DNA from: Acidimicrobiia bacterium
GTDB lineage: Bacteria; Actinomycetota; Acidimicrobiia; IMCC26256; JAOSJL01
Assembly (NCBI GenBank): GCA_041394025.1
Contig: JAWKJA010000002.1
Span: 1,454,541 to 1,518,540, forward strand
DNA length: 64,000 nucleotides
Reading direction: 5' to 3'
Shown here piece by piece: positions 43,664 through 52,723 of the stretch. Each line of letters begins with the position of its first letter. The stretch's first letter is position 1. Below the pieces are notes generated by a model. That model saw only the letters and a program-made list of their open reading frames with translations. It had not been told where the DNA came from and searched no databases. Made by a program: the position numbers and the translations under genes.

Positions 43664-44770
43664 ATGCCGAAGGCCGCTGTCTGCGATGAGATCGGGAGCC
43701 CCATCACGGTCCAGGACGTGGACCTGGACGATCCCCGGGCCGGGGAGCTGCGTATACGTACGGCCGCCGCCGGTGTCTGCCACTCCGACCTCTCGGTCCA
43801 GAACGGCACGCTGCTCCAGCCCATCCCCGCCGTGCTCGGCCACGAGGGCGCCGGAGTCGTCGAGCAGATCGGTGAGGGCGTCACGGGTTTCGACGTGGGC
43901 GACCACGTCGTCGTGTCGTGGGTTCCCCAGTGCGGACAGTGCTTCTACTGCGCCCACGGCCAGCCCGAGTTGTGCGAGGTCGGGCTCACCGCGCTCGTGA
44001 CCGGCGGCCAGCTCGACGGGACACCCCGGTTCAGCCGTGATGGCGAGCCGCTGCTCCAGATGGCTTCAGCGGGTCTCTTCTCCGAGGAGACGGTCATCCC
44101 CGCCATCGGTGCCGTGAAGATCAACAAGGAGCTGCCGCTGGCGTCGGCTGCGCTCATCGGCTGTGGAGTGCTCACGGGCTTCGGTGCCGCCGTCAACACT
44201 GCCGACATCAAGCCCGGCGACTCCGTGGCCGTTCTCGGCTGCGGTGGCGTCGGCCTCAACACGATCCAGGGCGCGGTCCACGCCGGCGCCGACCGCGTCA
44301 TCGGGATCGACATGCTCGACACCAAGCTCGCGATGGCCGAGGAGTTCGGTGCCACCCACATCATCAACCCCCGCCACGGTGACGCCACCGAGCAGGTGAT
44401 GGAGCTCACCGACGGTCGTGGCGCTGACGTGGCCTTCGAGGTCATCGGGCTCCCCGCCACCATCGAGCAGACGGTCGCGATGACCCGGCGCGGTGGGCAG
44501 GCGGTCCTCGTCGGTGTCCCCAACATGGAGTCCACGGTCGAGTTCAACGCCGCGATGGAGTTCCTCGTGGCCGAGAAGCAGCTCCGTGGCTGCTGGTACG
44601 GATCCTCCACGACGCATCGCGACGTCCCGATGCTCGCCGACCTCTACAAGGACGGGAAACTCAAGCTCGACGAGCTGATCTCCGCCGAGATCGACCTCGA
44701 CGGCGTCAACGAGGCATTCACGGCGATGGAGAACGGCGAGGTCGCCCGCTCGGTCATCATCTTCGACTGA
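43664..44770 (+). CDS. zinc-dependent alcohol dehydrogenase (class III / mycothiol-dependent formaldehyde dehydrogenase-like)
   Basis: ATG at 43664 after GAGGAG. GVCHSD, GHEGAGVV, the CGQCFYCAHGQPELC structural Zn site, and GCGGVG. Confidence 0.9.
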   Translation: MPKAAVCDEIGSPITVQDVDLDDPRAGELRIRTAAAGVCHSDLSVQNGTLLQPIPAVLGHEGAGVVEQIGEGVTGFDVGDHVVVSWVPQCGQCFYCAHGQPELCEVGLTALVTGGQLDGTPRFSRDGEPLLQMASAGLFSEETVIPAIGAVKINKELPLASAALIGCGVLTGFGAAVNTADIKPGDSVAVLGCGGVGLNTIQGAVHAGADRVIGIDMLDTKLAMAEEFGATHIINPRHGDATEQVMELTDGRGADVAFEVIGLPATIEQTVAMTRRGGQAVLVGVPNMESTVEFNAAMEFLVAEKQLRGCWYGSSTTHRDVPMLADLYKDGKLKLDELISAEIDLDGVNEAFTAMENGEVARSVIIFD

Positions 44771-44828
44771 GCCGCCGGCACGACGGGCAGCGACGATCCA
44801 CCGGCCGTCCGCGGGAGGAGGCAACGCT

Positions 44829-45836
44829 ATGCGCTACCGCAGGCTCGGAGACACAGACCTCGAGGTGTCGGAGGTCGGCTTCGGAACCTGGACGATGGCA
44901 AGCGACTGGTGGGGCGTCGTCGACGACAAGCAGGGTCTCCTGCACGCCGCGCTCGATGCGGGCATCAACTTCCTCGACACCGCGCCGGTCTACGGTGAGG
45001 CCGGCGTCGGCGAGACGCTCCTGGCCGACGTGCTGTCGTCCGACCGTGACGACATCGTCCTCACGACCAAGTGCGGCTACGACATCGCCGCCGAGCGGCC
45101 GGGTGGGCAACGCGAGCGCCCCCAGGACTGGCGCCCGGAGAGTGTGCGCGAGCAGCTCGAGGGCTCGCTGCGCCGCCTGGGAACCGACCGCGTCGACCTG
45201 TACCAACTCCACAACGCACGTCTCGACGCCATCGAGAGCGACGACCTCTTCGCCACGCTCGCCGACGTCCGCGCCGAGGGCAAGATCCGCGAGATCGGGG
45301 TTGCTCTCGGTCCCGCCATCGGGTGGGTCGACGACGGCCTCTATGCGCTCCGGGAACGGCCGATCGCCACGATCCAGACCGTTTTCAACGTCCTCGAACA
45401 GGAGCCCGGCCTCACCTTCGCGGCCGAACCGGCCGTGGCCGACGGCCGGTGCAGCATCATCTCGCGCGTCCCCCACGCCTCCGACACGCTGTCGGGCAGG
45501 GTCACACCCGACACGCGGTTCCCCAAGGGCGACCACCGGGCGCACCGCAACCGCGACAACATGCTCGACAACTTCGAGAAGGCCGAGACCCTGTCCTTTC
45601 TGTGGGCGCCCGAGACGGACCGCACCATCGGCCAGGCAGCTGTGGCGGGGATCCTGGCCAACCCGGCGTTCGCGACGGTGCTCCCCACGGTCACCGACGC
45701 CGACGAGATACGCGAGTACGCGTCGGCCTCCGATCGCCCGCTCTCAGCCGATGAGAAGACACGGCTCGACGAGCTCTGGTCCCGTAACTTCGACCACGAG
45801 GACCGCTTCGAGATGCCGATGAAGGTCAGCCGCTAG
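44829..45836 (+). CDS. aldo/keto reductase
   Basis: GFGTW, INFLDTAPVYG, DLYQLHN. Confidence 0.85.
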   Translation: MRYRRLGDTDLEVSEVGFGTWTMASDWWGVVDDKQGLLHAALDAGINFLDTAPVYGEAGVGETLLADVLSSDRDDIVLTTKCGYDIAAERPGGQRERPQDWRPESVREQLEGSLRRLGTDRVDLYQLHNARLDAIESDDLFATLADVRAEGKIREIGVALGPAIGWVDDGLYALRERPIATIQTVFNVLEQEPGLTFAAEPAVADGRCSIISRVPHASDTLSGRVTPDTRFPKGDHRAHRNRDNMLDNFEKAETLSFLWAPETDRTIGQAAVAGILANPAFATVLPTVTDADEIREYASASDRPLSADEKTRLDELWSRNFDHEDRFEMPMKVSR

Positions 45837-46422
45837 GCAGGTCGTCCGAGCGGACACCGCGCAGGCCGAACCACGCCATCTCGGACAGCCACGTTGCGAG
45901 CCGTTCGGGGCTGTGCTCGGCGTCGGGGTCGTTGAGCGCGCGGCGCGCTGTCGCCTCCGAGACCCCCACGAGGGCGTGTGCGAGCACGCGCCGGTGCTCG
46001 GAGGTCGCGTCGATCTCGATGAACCCGGAGATGGCCTCGGCGATCTGCTCGATCACACGCTCCACGACACGGGCGAAGTCCTCGTCGTTTCGGACGCTCG
46101 CGCCGAAGAGCAGGCGGAACGACATCCGGTTGCTCATCACGTATCCGAAGTAGGCCCCGAAGCCCGCCTCCACGCGCCGACGCCCTCCCGAGACCCCACC
46201 GGCCGCCGCAGCGATGGCCGCCAGGAGTTCCTCGCCCACCGTCTCGAGCAACTCGATGTACAGCGCGCGCTTCGACGTGAAGTGCTGGTAGAGCACCGGC
46301 TTGGTGACGCCCGCAGCCACGGCCACGTCGTCCATCGACGTGGCGTGGAAGCCCTTGGCGGCGAAGACGTCGCGGGCGACGCCGACCAGCTGGTGGCGCC
46401 GGTCGGGCGCGGCCAGTCTCAT
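45826..46422 (-). CDS. TetR family transcriptional regulator
   Basis: HTH TSMDDVAVAAGVTKPVLYQHFTSK. Confidence 0.85.
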   Translation of the reverse strand: MRLAAPDRRHQLVGVARDVFAAKGFHATSMDDVAVAAGVTKPVLYQHFTSKRALYIELLETVGEELLAAIAAAAGGVSGGRRRVEAGFGAYFGYVMSNRMSFRLLFGASVRNDEDFARVVERVIEQIAEAISGFIEIDATSEHRRVLAHALVGVSEATARRALNDPDAEHSPERLATWLSEMAWFGLRGVRSDDLPSG

Positions 46423-46467
46423 GTGCCAAGGCTAGCGGTGGCGCGCCGTACCGGCGCGTGGCGCCCG

Positions 46468-47676
46468 CTACTTGATGTGAACGCCCGAGATCGCCCGTGC
46501 CACGACGAGGCGCTGGATCTCCGAGGTCCCCTCGAAGAGGGTGTAGATCTTCGAGTCGCGGTGCCACTGCTCCACCGGGAACTCCCGGATGTAGCCGTAG
46601 CCGCCGAGGATCTGGATCGCCTGCTCGGTGGCCCACACGGCGACCTCACCGGCCTTGAGCTTCGACATCGAGCCCTCTCCGTTCTCGAAGGGCTTGCCGT
46701 TGGCGGCCATCCAGCACGCCCGCCACACGAGGAGCCGGGCGGCGTCGATCTCCATCTTCATGTCGGCCAACTTGAAGGCGATGGCCTGGTTCTCGATGAT
46801 CGCCCGGCCGAACTGCTCCCGTTCCTTGGCGTAGTCGAGGGAGTACTCGTAGGCCGCGCGGGCGATACCGAGCGCCTGCGCCCCGACGAGGGGGCGGCTG
46901 GCCTCGAAGGTGCTCATGGCAGCCTGTGTCTTGTTGCTCTTGCCCTCCCGGGCACGGGCCAGGCGGCTCTCGAGCTTCTCCTCGCCGCCGAGGAGGTTCT
47001 CGCTCGGGACGCGGACGTCGTCGAGCAGCACCCCACCCGTGTGGGAGGCGCGGATACCCATCTTCTTTTCCTTCTTGCCCGCCTCGAGCCCGGGCGTGTC
47101 GGGGCCGATCACGAACGAGGCATGGCCGCGCGAGCCCAGCTCGGGGTCGACACTCGCCACGATGACGTGGACATCGGCGATGCCCCCGTTGGTGATGAAC
47201 GTCTTCTCGCCGTTGAGGACCCAGTCGTCGCCGTCCTTCTTTGCGGTCGTGCGGAGGCTCGACACGTCGGACCCTGCTCCGGGCTCGGTGACGGCGAAGG
47301 CCGCGAGCTTGATGTCCTCGGGGGTGCCGAAGCACTGCGGGACCCACTCGTTGATCTGTTCGGGTGTCCCGTTGCCGACGATCCCGGACACGCCGAGCGT
47401 GGTGCCGAAGATCGCGAGGGCGATGCCGGCGTCGCCCCAGCACAGCTCCTCACTGACGATCGGGAAGGTGAGCCCCGTGGGGTCGCCGAAGAACTGGGCG
47501 ACGGCCTCATAGGAGTAGAGGCCGATCTTGGCCGCCTCCTCGATGACGGGCCAGGGTGTCTCCTCGCTCTCGTCGTACTCGGGGGCGGCGGGCCGCACGA
47601 CGTCCTCGGCGAAGTCGTGGACCCACTTCTGGATCTGGAGCTGGTCCTCGTTGAGATCGAGCGAGAACTCCGACAT
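46468..47676 (-). CDS. acyl-CoA dehydrogenase
   Basis: AFAVTEPGAGSD, FITNGG, QILGGYGY. Confidence 0.9.
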   Translation of the reverse strand: MSEFSLDLNEDQLQIQKWVHDFAEDVVRPAAPEYDESEETPWPVIEEAAKIGLYSYEAVAQFFGDPTGLTFPIVSEELCWGDAGIALAIFGTTLGVSGIVGNGTPEQINEWVPQCFGTPEDIKLAAFAVTEPGAGSDVSSLRTTAKKDGDDWVLNGEKTFITNGGIADVHVIVASVDPELGSRGHASFVIGPDTPGLEAGKKEKKMGIRASHTGGVLLDDVRVPSENLLGGEEKLESRLARAREGKSNKTQAAMSTFEASRPLVGAQALGIARAAYEYSLDYAKEREQFGRAIIENQAIAFKLADMKMEIDAARLLVWRACWMAANGKPFENGEGSMSKLKAGEVAVWATEQAIQILGGYGYIREFPVEQWHRDSKIYTLFEGTSEIQRLVVARAISGVHIK

Positions 47677-47772
47677 GGCTGCCTCCCTGCACGGCCGGTG
47701 ATCGGACCGGCGCTTCGGTGCCCGGGCTCCTGGTCGCCGCCGTTCGGGTGGTCGACCGGAAACCCCGGTGCG

Positions 47773-47792
47773 TTGTTACTACTCGGTAACCA
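47773..47792. promoter_or_regulatory. candidate operator: imperfect inverted repeat ttGTTAC-tactcg-GTAACca
   Basis: Seen about 100 nt upstream of the acyl-CoA dehydrogenase start, in the divergent intergenic region. A TetR gene lies directly downstream of that gene. Confidence 0.25.
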
Positions 47793-47874
47793 CAGGATAG
47801 CCCCTGTGGGGGGCTGCCGCGGCACCCTGCGCTGCACTTTGCGATACGCCAGATTGTCGATCTAGTTTTCTTGT

Positions 47875-48270
47875 ATGAGCGAGTTTCGGATCGGACAGGC
47901 AGCAGAGCTCCTGGGGGTCAGCGCCGACACGGTGCGCCGACACGCCGACGAGGGGCGGCTCCCGTCGCGGCGGACCCCCGGCGGCCACCGGGTGGTCGAC
48001 GGGGCCGCGCTCGCCGAACTGGCCGTGGAGACGGCGGACTCCCCCGAACCCGGGCGCATCGTCGGCGCGTCGGCCCGGAACCGCTTCACCGGCCTCGTCA
48101 CGCGTGTCGTGCGCGACGGGGTGATGGCACAGGTGGAGATCCAGGCGGGGCCCCACAGGATCGTCTCACTGATGACCCGCGAGGCGGCCGACGAGCTGGA
48201 GCTCGAGCCGGGCGCCCTCGCGGTCGCGGTCGTGAAGGCCACCACCGTGATCGTCGAGGTTCCCGGCTGA
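47875..48270 (+). CDS. molybdate-responsive regulator-like protein (excisionase/MerR-type HTH plus single Mop/TOBE domain)
   Basis: N-terminus IGQAAELLGVSADTVRRHADEGRL. C-terminus SARNRFTGLVTRVVRDGVMAQVEIQAG...AVAVVKATTVIVE, typical of the molybdenum-pterin-binding (Mop) domain. Lies directly upstream of modABC. Confidence 0.75.
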   Translation: MSEFRIGQAAELLGVSADTVRRHADEGRLPSRRTPGGHRVVDGAALAELAVETADSPEPGRIVGASARNRFTGLVTRVVRDGVMAQVEIQAGPHRIVSLMTREAADELELEPGALAVAVVKATTVIVEVPG

Positions 48271-49052
48271 TGGTCCACCGCCATCGCCGGCACACCCGAA
48301 TGCGGCGCGCTGAACGTGCGACGATCGGAATCGTCATGTCGGCGGTGCTCGTGCTGTCGAGCGGCGTCGGGTGCGGCGGGTCGTCGCCCGGCGACGTCAC
48401 CGTCTTCGCCGCCTCCTCCCTCACCGAGGGCTTCGAGCAGATCTCCCGCGTCTACGACCGGTCGAACGACGCCGATGTCGCTCTCGACTTCGACGGATCC
48501 GCGCGCCTCGCCACCCAGATCGCCCAGGGCGCACCGGCCGACGTGTTCGCGAGCGCAGACCGGCGCACGATGGACGACGTCGTCGAGTCCGTGGGAGCGC
48601 GTCGCGGTCCGGAGGTGTTCGCCCTCAACGAGCTCACCATCGTCGTGGAGCGCGGCAACCCCACCGGGATCACCGGGCTGGCTGATCTCGCACGCGGCGA
48701 TCTCCGGGTGGCGCTGGCAGATCCAGCGGTTCCGGCGGGGGCCTACGCCGCCGACGTCCTCGACCGGGCGGGCGTCGTGGTCGACCCCGCCACCCTCGAG
48801 GGCAACGTCCGGGGTGTGGTCACGAAGGTCAGTCTCGGAGAAGCGGATGCAGGAATCGTGTACGTCACCGATGTCGCGGCGACCGATGACGCGCTCGAGA
48901 CCGTCGCGATCCCTCGCGCCGACAACGTCACTGCCGAGTACCTGATCGCGGTGCTGGAGGACGCGCCCGACGGGGCCGACGAGTTCGCCGATCTCGTGCT
49001 CGGGCCCGAGGGCCGCGCCATCCTGAGAGCACAGGGGTTCGGGCTCCCGTGA
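48270..49052 (+). CDS. modA: molybdate ABC transporter substrate-binding lipoprotein
   Basis: Lipobox LSSGVGC. VFAASSLTEGF, VFASAD, GIVYVTD. The start may instead be the ATG at 48300. Confidence 0.85.
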   Translation: MVHRHRRHTRMRRAERATIGIVMSAVLVLSSGVGCGGSSPGDVTVFAASSLTEGFEQISRVYDRSNDADVALDFDGSARLATQIAQGAPADVFASADRRTMDDVVESVGARRGPEVFALNELTIVVERGNPTGITGLADLARGDLRVALADPAVPAGAYAADVLDRAGVVVDPATLEGNVRGVVTKVSLGEADAGIVYVTDVAATDDALETVAIPRADNVTAEYLIAVLEDAPDGADEFADLVLGPEGRAILRAQGFGLP

Positions 49053-49897
49053 CCTCGGCGCCGGTGACCGCCGACCCGCCACCGCGCGCGCGCCGAGGGC
49101 CCCGCGACCGGCGTACCGGGCCCGGTCGCCCACCGGTCGGGGTGGTCCCGCTGGCCCTTCTCGCGCTGCTGTTCATCGCCCTGCCCGTGGTCGCTCTGCT
49201 CGTACGGGCACCGTGGTCGGGCCTCGTCGACGACCTCACCTCTCGCACCTCCCTGGACGCACTCCGGCTCTCCCTCGTCACGTCGGCCGCAGCCGCCGCG
49301 TCGGCCACACTGCTCGGCGTCCCGCTGGCGATCCTCCTCACGCGGGGAGCGTTCGCCGGCCGCAGGGTTCTCCAGGCACTGGTGCTCCTGCCGATGGTGC
49401 TCCCGCCCGTCGTCGTGGGGGTCGCTCTCCTGCTCGCCTTCGGCCGGAACAGCGTCGTCGGCACCCTCCTCGACGACGCGTTGGGTCTTCGGCTTCCCTT
49501 CACGACAGCCGGGGTCGTCGTGGTGCAGACGTTCGTGGCGCTGCCGTTCGTCGTGGTGACGGTGAGCGCGGCACTGCGGGGCATGGACCGCCGGGCCGAG
49601 GAGGCCGCCGCGACCCTCGGGGCCGGTCCCTGGACGGTGCTGCGACGTGTCACGCTCCCCGCCGTCGCCCCGGCGATCGCTGCGGGGTCGGCGCTGGCGT
49701 GGGCACGGGCGCTCGGCGAGTTCGGCGCCACGATCACGTTCGCCGGGAGCCTGCCCGGCGAGACGCGGACCCTGCCCCTCGCCCTCTTCAACGAACTCCA
49801 GACCTCACTCGACGGCGCCGTGTCACTGGCCGTTCTCATGCTGGCGGTGTCGGCGGCCGTCCTCATCGGGCTACGCGGGCGATGGCTGGCCCGGTGA
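49049..49897 (+). CDS. modB: molybdate ABC transporter permease
   Basis: GTGA overlap with modA. EAA loop region EEAAATLGAGPWTVLRRVTLP. Confidence 0.85.
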   Translation: MTSAPVTADPPPRARRGPRDRRTGPGRPPVGVVPLALLALLFIALPVVALLVRAPWSGLVDDLTSRTSLDALRLSLVTSAAAAASATLLGVPLAILLTRGAFAGRRVLQALVLLPMVLPPVVVGVALLLAFGRNSVVGTLLDDALGLRLPFTTAGVVVVQTFVALPFVVVTVSAALRGMDRRAEEAAATLGAGPWTVLRRVTLPAVAPAIAAGSALAWARALGEFGATITFAGSLPGETRTLPLALFNELQTSLDGAVSLAVLMLAVSAAVLIGLRGRWLAR

Positions 49898-50676
49898 GCC
49901 GCGGGGAACTGTCGGTCCGCGGCCGGGTGGAGTACCCGGCGTTTTCGCTCGACGTCGATCTCTCGGTCGGTGCGGGCGAGCTCGTCGCGATCGTCGGCCC
50001 GAACGGCTCCGGCAAGACAACGTTGCTGCGCGTGGTGGCGGGCCTCACCCCTCTCACCGCGGGCTCGGTCACACTCGACGGGGTGTGTGTCGACGACCCG
50101 GGACTCGGCCGGTGGAAACCCCCCGAGAAGAGGGCGGCGGGGTTCGTCTTCCAGGACCATCGCCTGTTCCCCCGCGGCGACGTCATCGCCAACGTCGCGT
50201 TCGGCCTCCGGGCGGGCGGCACCCGAGCGGGCCCGGCCCGGCGGCGCGCGCTCGAATGGCTCGAGCGCATGGGGGCCGACCACCTGGCGGCTCGCTCGAC
50301 ACCGACGCTCTCCGCGGGGGAGGCGCAGCGGGTGGCGCTGGCCCGTGCCCTCGCGCCCGAACCGTCGATCCTGCTCCTCGACGAGCCCTTCGCGAACCTC
50401 GACGATCCCACCCGCCGCTGGATGCACCTGATCGTCACCGGCAGCGACGGGCCCGACGGCGCCGAGGGTCCTCCGGCACGTCTCGTCGTGACACACGAGC
50501 CGACCGAGGCACTCACCCTCGCACGCCGCGTGATCGTCCTCGAGAACGGGCGGATCGTCCAGGACGACGAGCCCGACGCCATCACCGCACGACCTGCCTC
50601 CGAGTACGCCGCGGCCCTGAGGACAGACAACTCCCCGAGTCGTCGCTCGGGCGGGGCAGGATACCTGCCCCGCTGA
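49894..50676 (+). CDS. modC: molybdate ABC transporter ATPase (no C-terminal TOBE domain)
   Basis: GTGA overlap with modB. GPNGSGKTT, LSAGEAQRV, LLLDEPF. The last 14 codons are encoded by the palindromic repeat. Confidence 0.85.
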   Translation: MSRGELSVRGRVEYPAFSLDVDLSVGAGELVAIVGPNGSGKTTLLRVVAGLTPLTAGSVTLDGVCVDDPGLGRWKPPEKRAAGFVFQDHRLFPRGDVIANVAFGLRAGGTRAGPARRRALEWLERMGADHLAARSTPTLSAGEAQRVALARALAPEPSILLLDEPFANLDDPTRRWMHLIVTGSDGPDGAEGPPARLVVTHEPTEALTLARRVIVLENGRIVQDDEPDAITARPASEYAAALRTDNSPSRRSGGAGYLPR

Positions 50677-50691
50677 CCCTCGACTCCGACG
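50634..50691. repeat. GC-rich nested-palindrome repeat, copy C (inner hairpin 50651-50673)
   Basis: cccgagtcgtcgctcgggcggggcaggatacctgccccgctgaccctcgactccgacg. Matches 57343-57400 at 55 of 58 positions. Spans the modC stop and ends 5 nt before the PPK2 ATG. Confidence 0.85.
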
Positions 50692-50695
50692 GGTA

Positions 50696-51475
50696 ATGTC
50701 CCGCCGCATGGGGCGCCTCGACGACGTCGACCTCACGCTTCGCCTGAAGCGTGCCGCCGAGGCCGAGAGGCTCGAGGCCGCGCAACAACGTCTTCTGCAG
50801 CTTCGCCTCACGCTGGCCGGGCTCCTCGGGTCGCAGGGCCTCGGTCCCCCGGTGTGCATCCTCGTCGAGGGCTGGGACGCCTCGGGCAAGGGTGGTGCGA
50901 TCCGCCGGCTCGTGGCACGTCTCGATCCGCGCCACGTGCGCGTCGTGTCGTTCTCGGCCCCCACGGCCGACGAGCTCCGCCACAACTGGCTCCGCCGCTT
51001 CTGGCCGGCGCTGCCGGGATGGGGCGGCATGGCGGTCCTCGACCGGTCGTGGTACGGGCGCGTGCTCGTGGAGCGGGTCGAGGGTTTTGCTACCCGGGAG
51101 GAGTGGGACCGCTCCTACGGCGAGATCGTGGACTTCGAGGAGATGCTCGCCCACGACGGCACCGTGCTGCTGAAGTTCTGGCTCCACATCTCCCACGAGG
51201 AGCAGGCGCGACGCTTCGAGCGACGCCAGGCCGATCCGCTCAAGCGCTGGAAGCTCACCGAGGAGGACTGGCGGAACCGGCGAAAGCGCGCCGAGTACGA
51301 AACCGCGGTCGAGGACATGCTCGAGCGCACCGACGTGCCGACAGCGCCGTGGTTCGTCGTTCCCGCCGAGTCCAAGCGGTGGGCACGGGTCGAGGTGATC
51401 GAGACGGTTGTCACCTCCATCGAGGAGGCTCTCGGTGCGCGCGGCGTCGCGGTGCCGAGTGTGGAACCGGACTGA
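50696..51475 (+). CDS. polyphosphate kinase 2 family protein
   Basis: EGWDASGKGG (Walker A-like), WLRRFWPALPGWGGMAVLDRSWY, KRW. Confidence 0.85.
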   Translation: MSRRMGRLDDVDLTLRLKRAAEAERLEAAQQRLLQLRLTLAGLLGSQGLGPPVCILVEGWDASGKGGAIRRLVARLDPRHVRVVSFSAPTADELRHNWLRRFWPALPGWGGMAVLDRSWYGRVLVERVEGFATREEWDRSYGEIVDFEEMLAHDGTVLLKFWLHISHEEQARRFERRQADPLKRWKLTEEDWRNRRKRAEYETAVEDMLERTDVPTAPWFVVPAESKRWARVEVIETVVTSIEEALGARGVAVPSVEPD

Positions 51476-51523
51476 GGAGCCCGGCGCCGGGGCCGTCGCA
51501 CCCGGCAACTACGCTCCGGCGCT

Positions 51524-52723
51524 GTGTCTCCCGACGAGCTGACAGTGCCTACTCGCTACGCGGGTCGCGCCGCCGTCGCCGGGATCGCCGAGACCGACTA
51601 CATGCGGGGCTCACCCCGCCTGCCCGTGGAGCTCATGCTGGAGGCCGCCGCCGGGGCCCTCGACGACGCCGGGCTCTCCCGCAGCGACATCGACGGGGTC
51701 ATCCCTCCCCCGGGCTACACGACCGTCGAGGAGCTCGCCGCCAACCTCGGGCTGGGCGACGTCCGCTTCTCCTCCACCGTGCACATGGGCGGCGCCAGCC
51801 CGACCGCGTCGTTGCAGCACGCGGCCATGGCCGTGTCATCGGGCGTGGCCGACGCCGTGCTGGTCGTGGCCGGCTGGAACGGCTACTCGGCGTTCCGGCC
51901 ACGCGACGACGTGCCGCGGCCCCGACGCGGGCTCGACCCGAACGCGGTTCTCGACACCGTTGTCGACTTCTACGTCCCCTACGGAGCGGCGTCGGCGGCG
52001 CAGTACTACGGCTGGATCGCCACCCGCTACATCCACACCTACGACATCCGTCCCACCGATGCAGGAGAGGTTGCGCTGGCCTTCCGCGCGCACGCGCAGA
52101 ACAACGACAGGGCACTCATGCGGGGCCGACGTCTCACGATGGACGAGTACCTGGCGGCCCCGTGGGTCAGTGAGCCGTTCCGAAGATACGACTGCTGTCT
52201 CGAAACCGACTGTGCCGCGGCTGTCGTGGTCACGAGCACCGAACGCGCCCACGACCTGGCACAGCCGCCGGTCGTGATCCTCGGGGCGGCCGAGGGGCAC
52301 CCGGCCCCCGCCGACGACCTCACCAACCGCGACGACCTCTTCCACATCGGGCTCACCGACGCTGCGCCCCGCGCGCTCGCCATGGCGGGCGTCGCCATCG
52401 GCGATCTCGACGTCCTGGGGGTGTACGACGCTTTCACGTACACGGTGCTGCTCCAGCTCGAGGCGCTCGGGGTGTGCGGTGCGGGCGAGGCCGGAGCGTT
52501 CGTCCGTGGGGGCACGCTCGCGCCCGGCGGGGCGCTTCCCACCAACACACACGGCGGCCACCTCTCCCAGGGCCACATGTGGGGGTTCAACCACGTCGTG
52601 GAGATGACGCGGCAACTGAGGGGCCAGGCAGGTGAGGCCCAGGTCGACGACGCCGAGGTGGGGCTCGTCACCGGCTGGGGCGACTTCGGCGACGGCAGCC
52701 TCGTCGTGTTGGGCGCGCCCTGA
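51524..52723 (+). CDS. thiolase-fold lipid-transfer-protein-like enzyme (SCP-x type)
   Basis: GTG start. Thiolase-like fold blocks, with C-terminal [11 protein letters not shown]. Paired with a DUF35 gene. Confidence 0.8.
   Translation: MSPDELTVPTRYAGRAAVAGIAETDYMRGSPRLPVELMLEAAAGALDDAGLSRSDIDGVIPPPGYTTVEELAANLGLGDVRFSSTVHMGGASPTASLQHAAMAVSSGVADAVLVVAGWNGYSAFRPRDDVPRPRRGLDPNAVLDTVVDFYVPYGAASAAQYYGWIATRYIHTYDIRPTDAGEVALAFRAHAQNNDRALMRGRRLTMDEYLAAPWVSEPFRRYDCCLETDCAAAVVVTSTERAHDLAQPPVVILGAAEGHPAPADDLTNRDDLFHIGLTDAAPRALAMAGVAIGDLDVLGVYDAFTYTVLLQLEALGVCGAGEAGAFVRGGTLAPGGALPTNTHGGHLSQGHMWGFNHVVEMTRQLRGQAGEAQVDDAEVGLVTGWGDFGDGSLVVLGAP

Noticed and set aside
45913-47865. 650-aa plus-strand ORF
   Set aside because: It is antisense to the TetR and acyl-CoA dehydrogenase genes, both of which carry clear family motifs.
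47875-48270. Excisionase-type HTH as a prophage/island marker
   Set aside because: The HTH is fused to a Mop/TOBE domain and sits directly upstream of modABC. A molybdate regulator is the simpler reading.
48928-51030. 700-aa minus-strand ORF
   Set aside because: It is antisense to modB, modC and PPK2. The product is Arg/Ser/Pro-rich.
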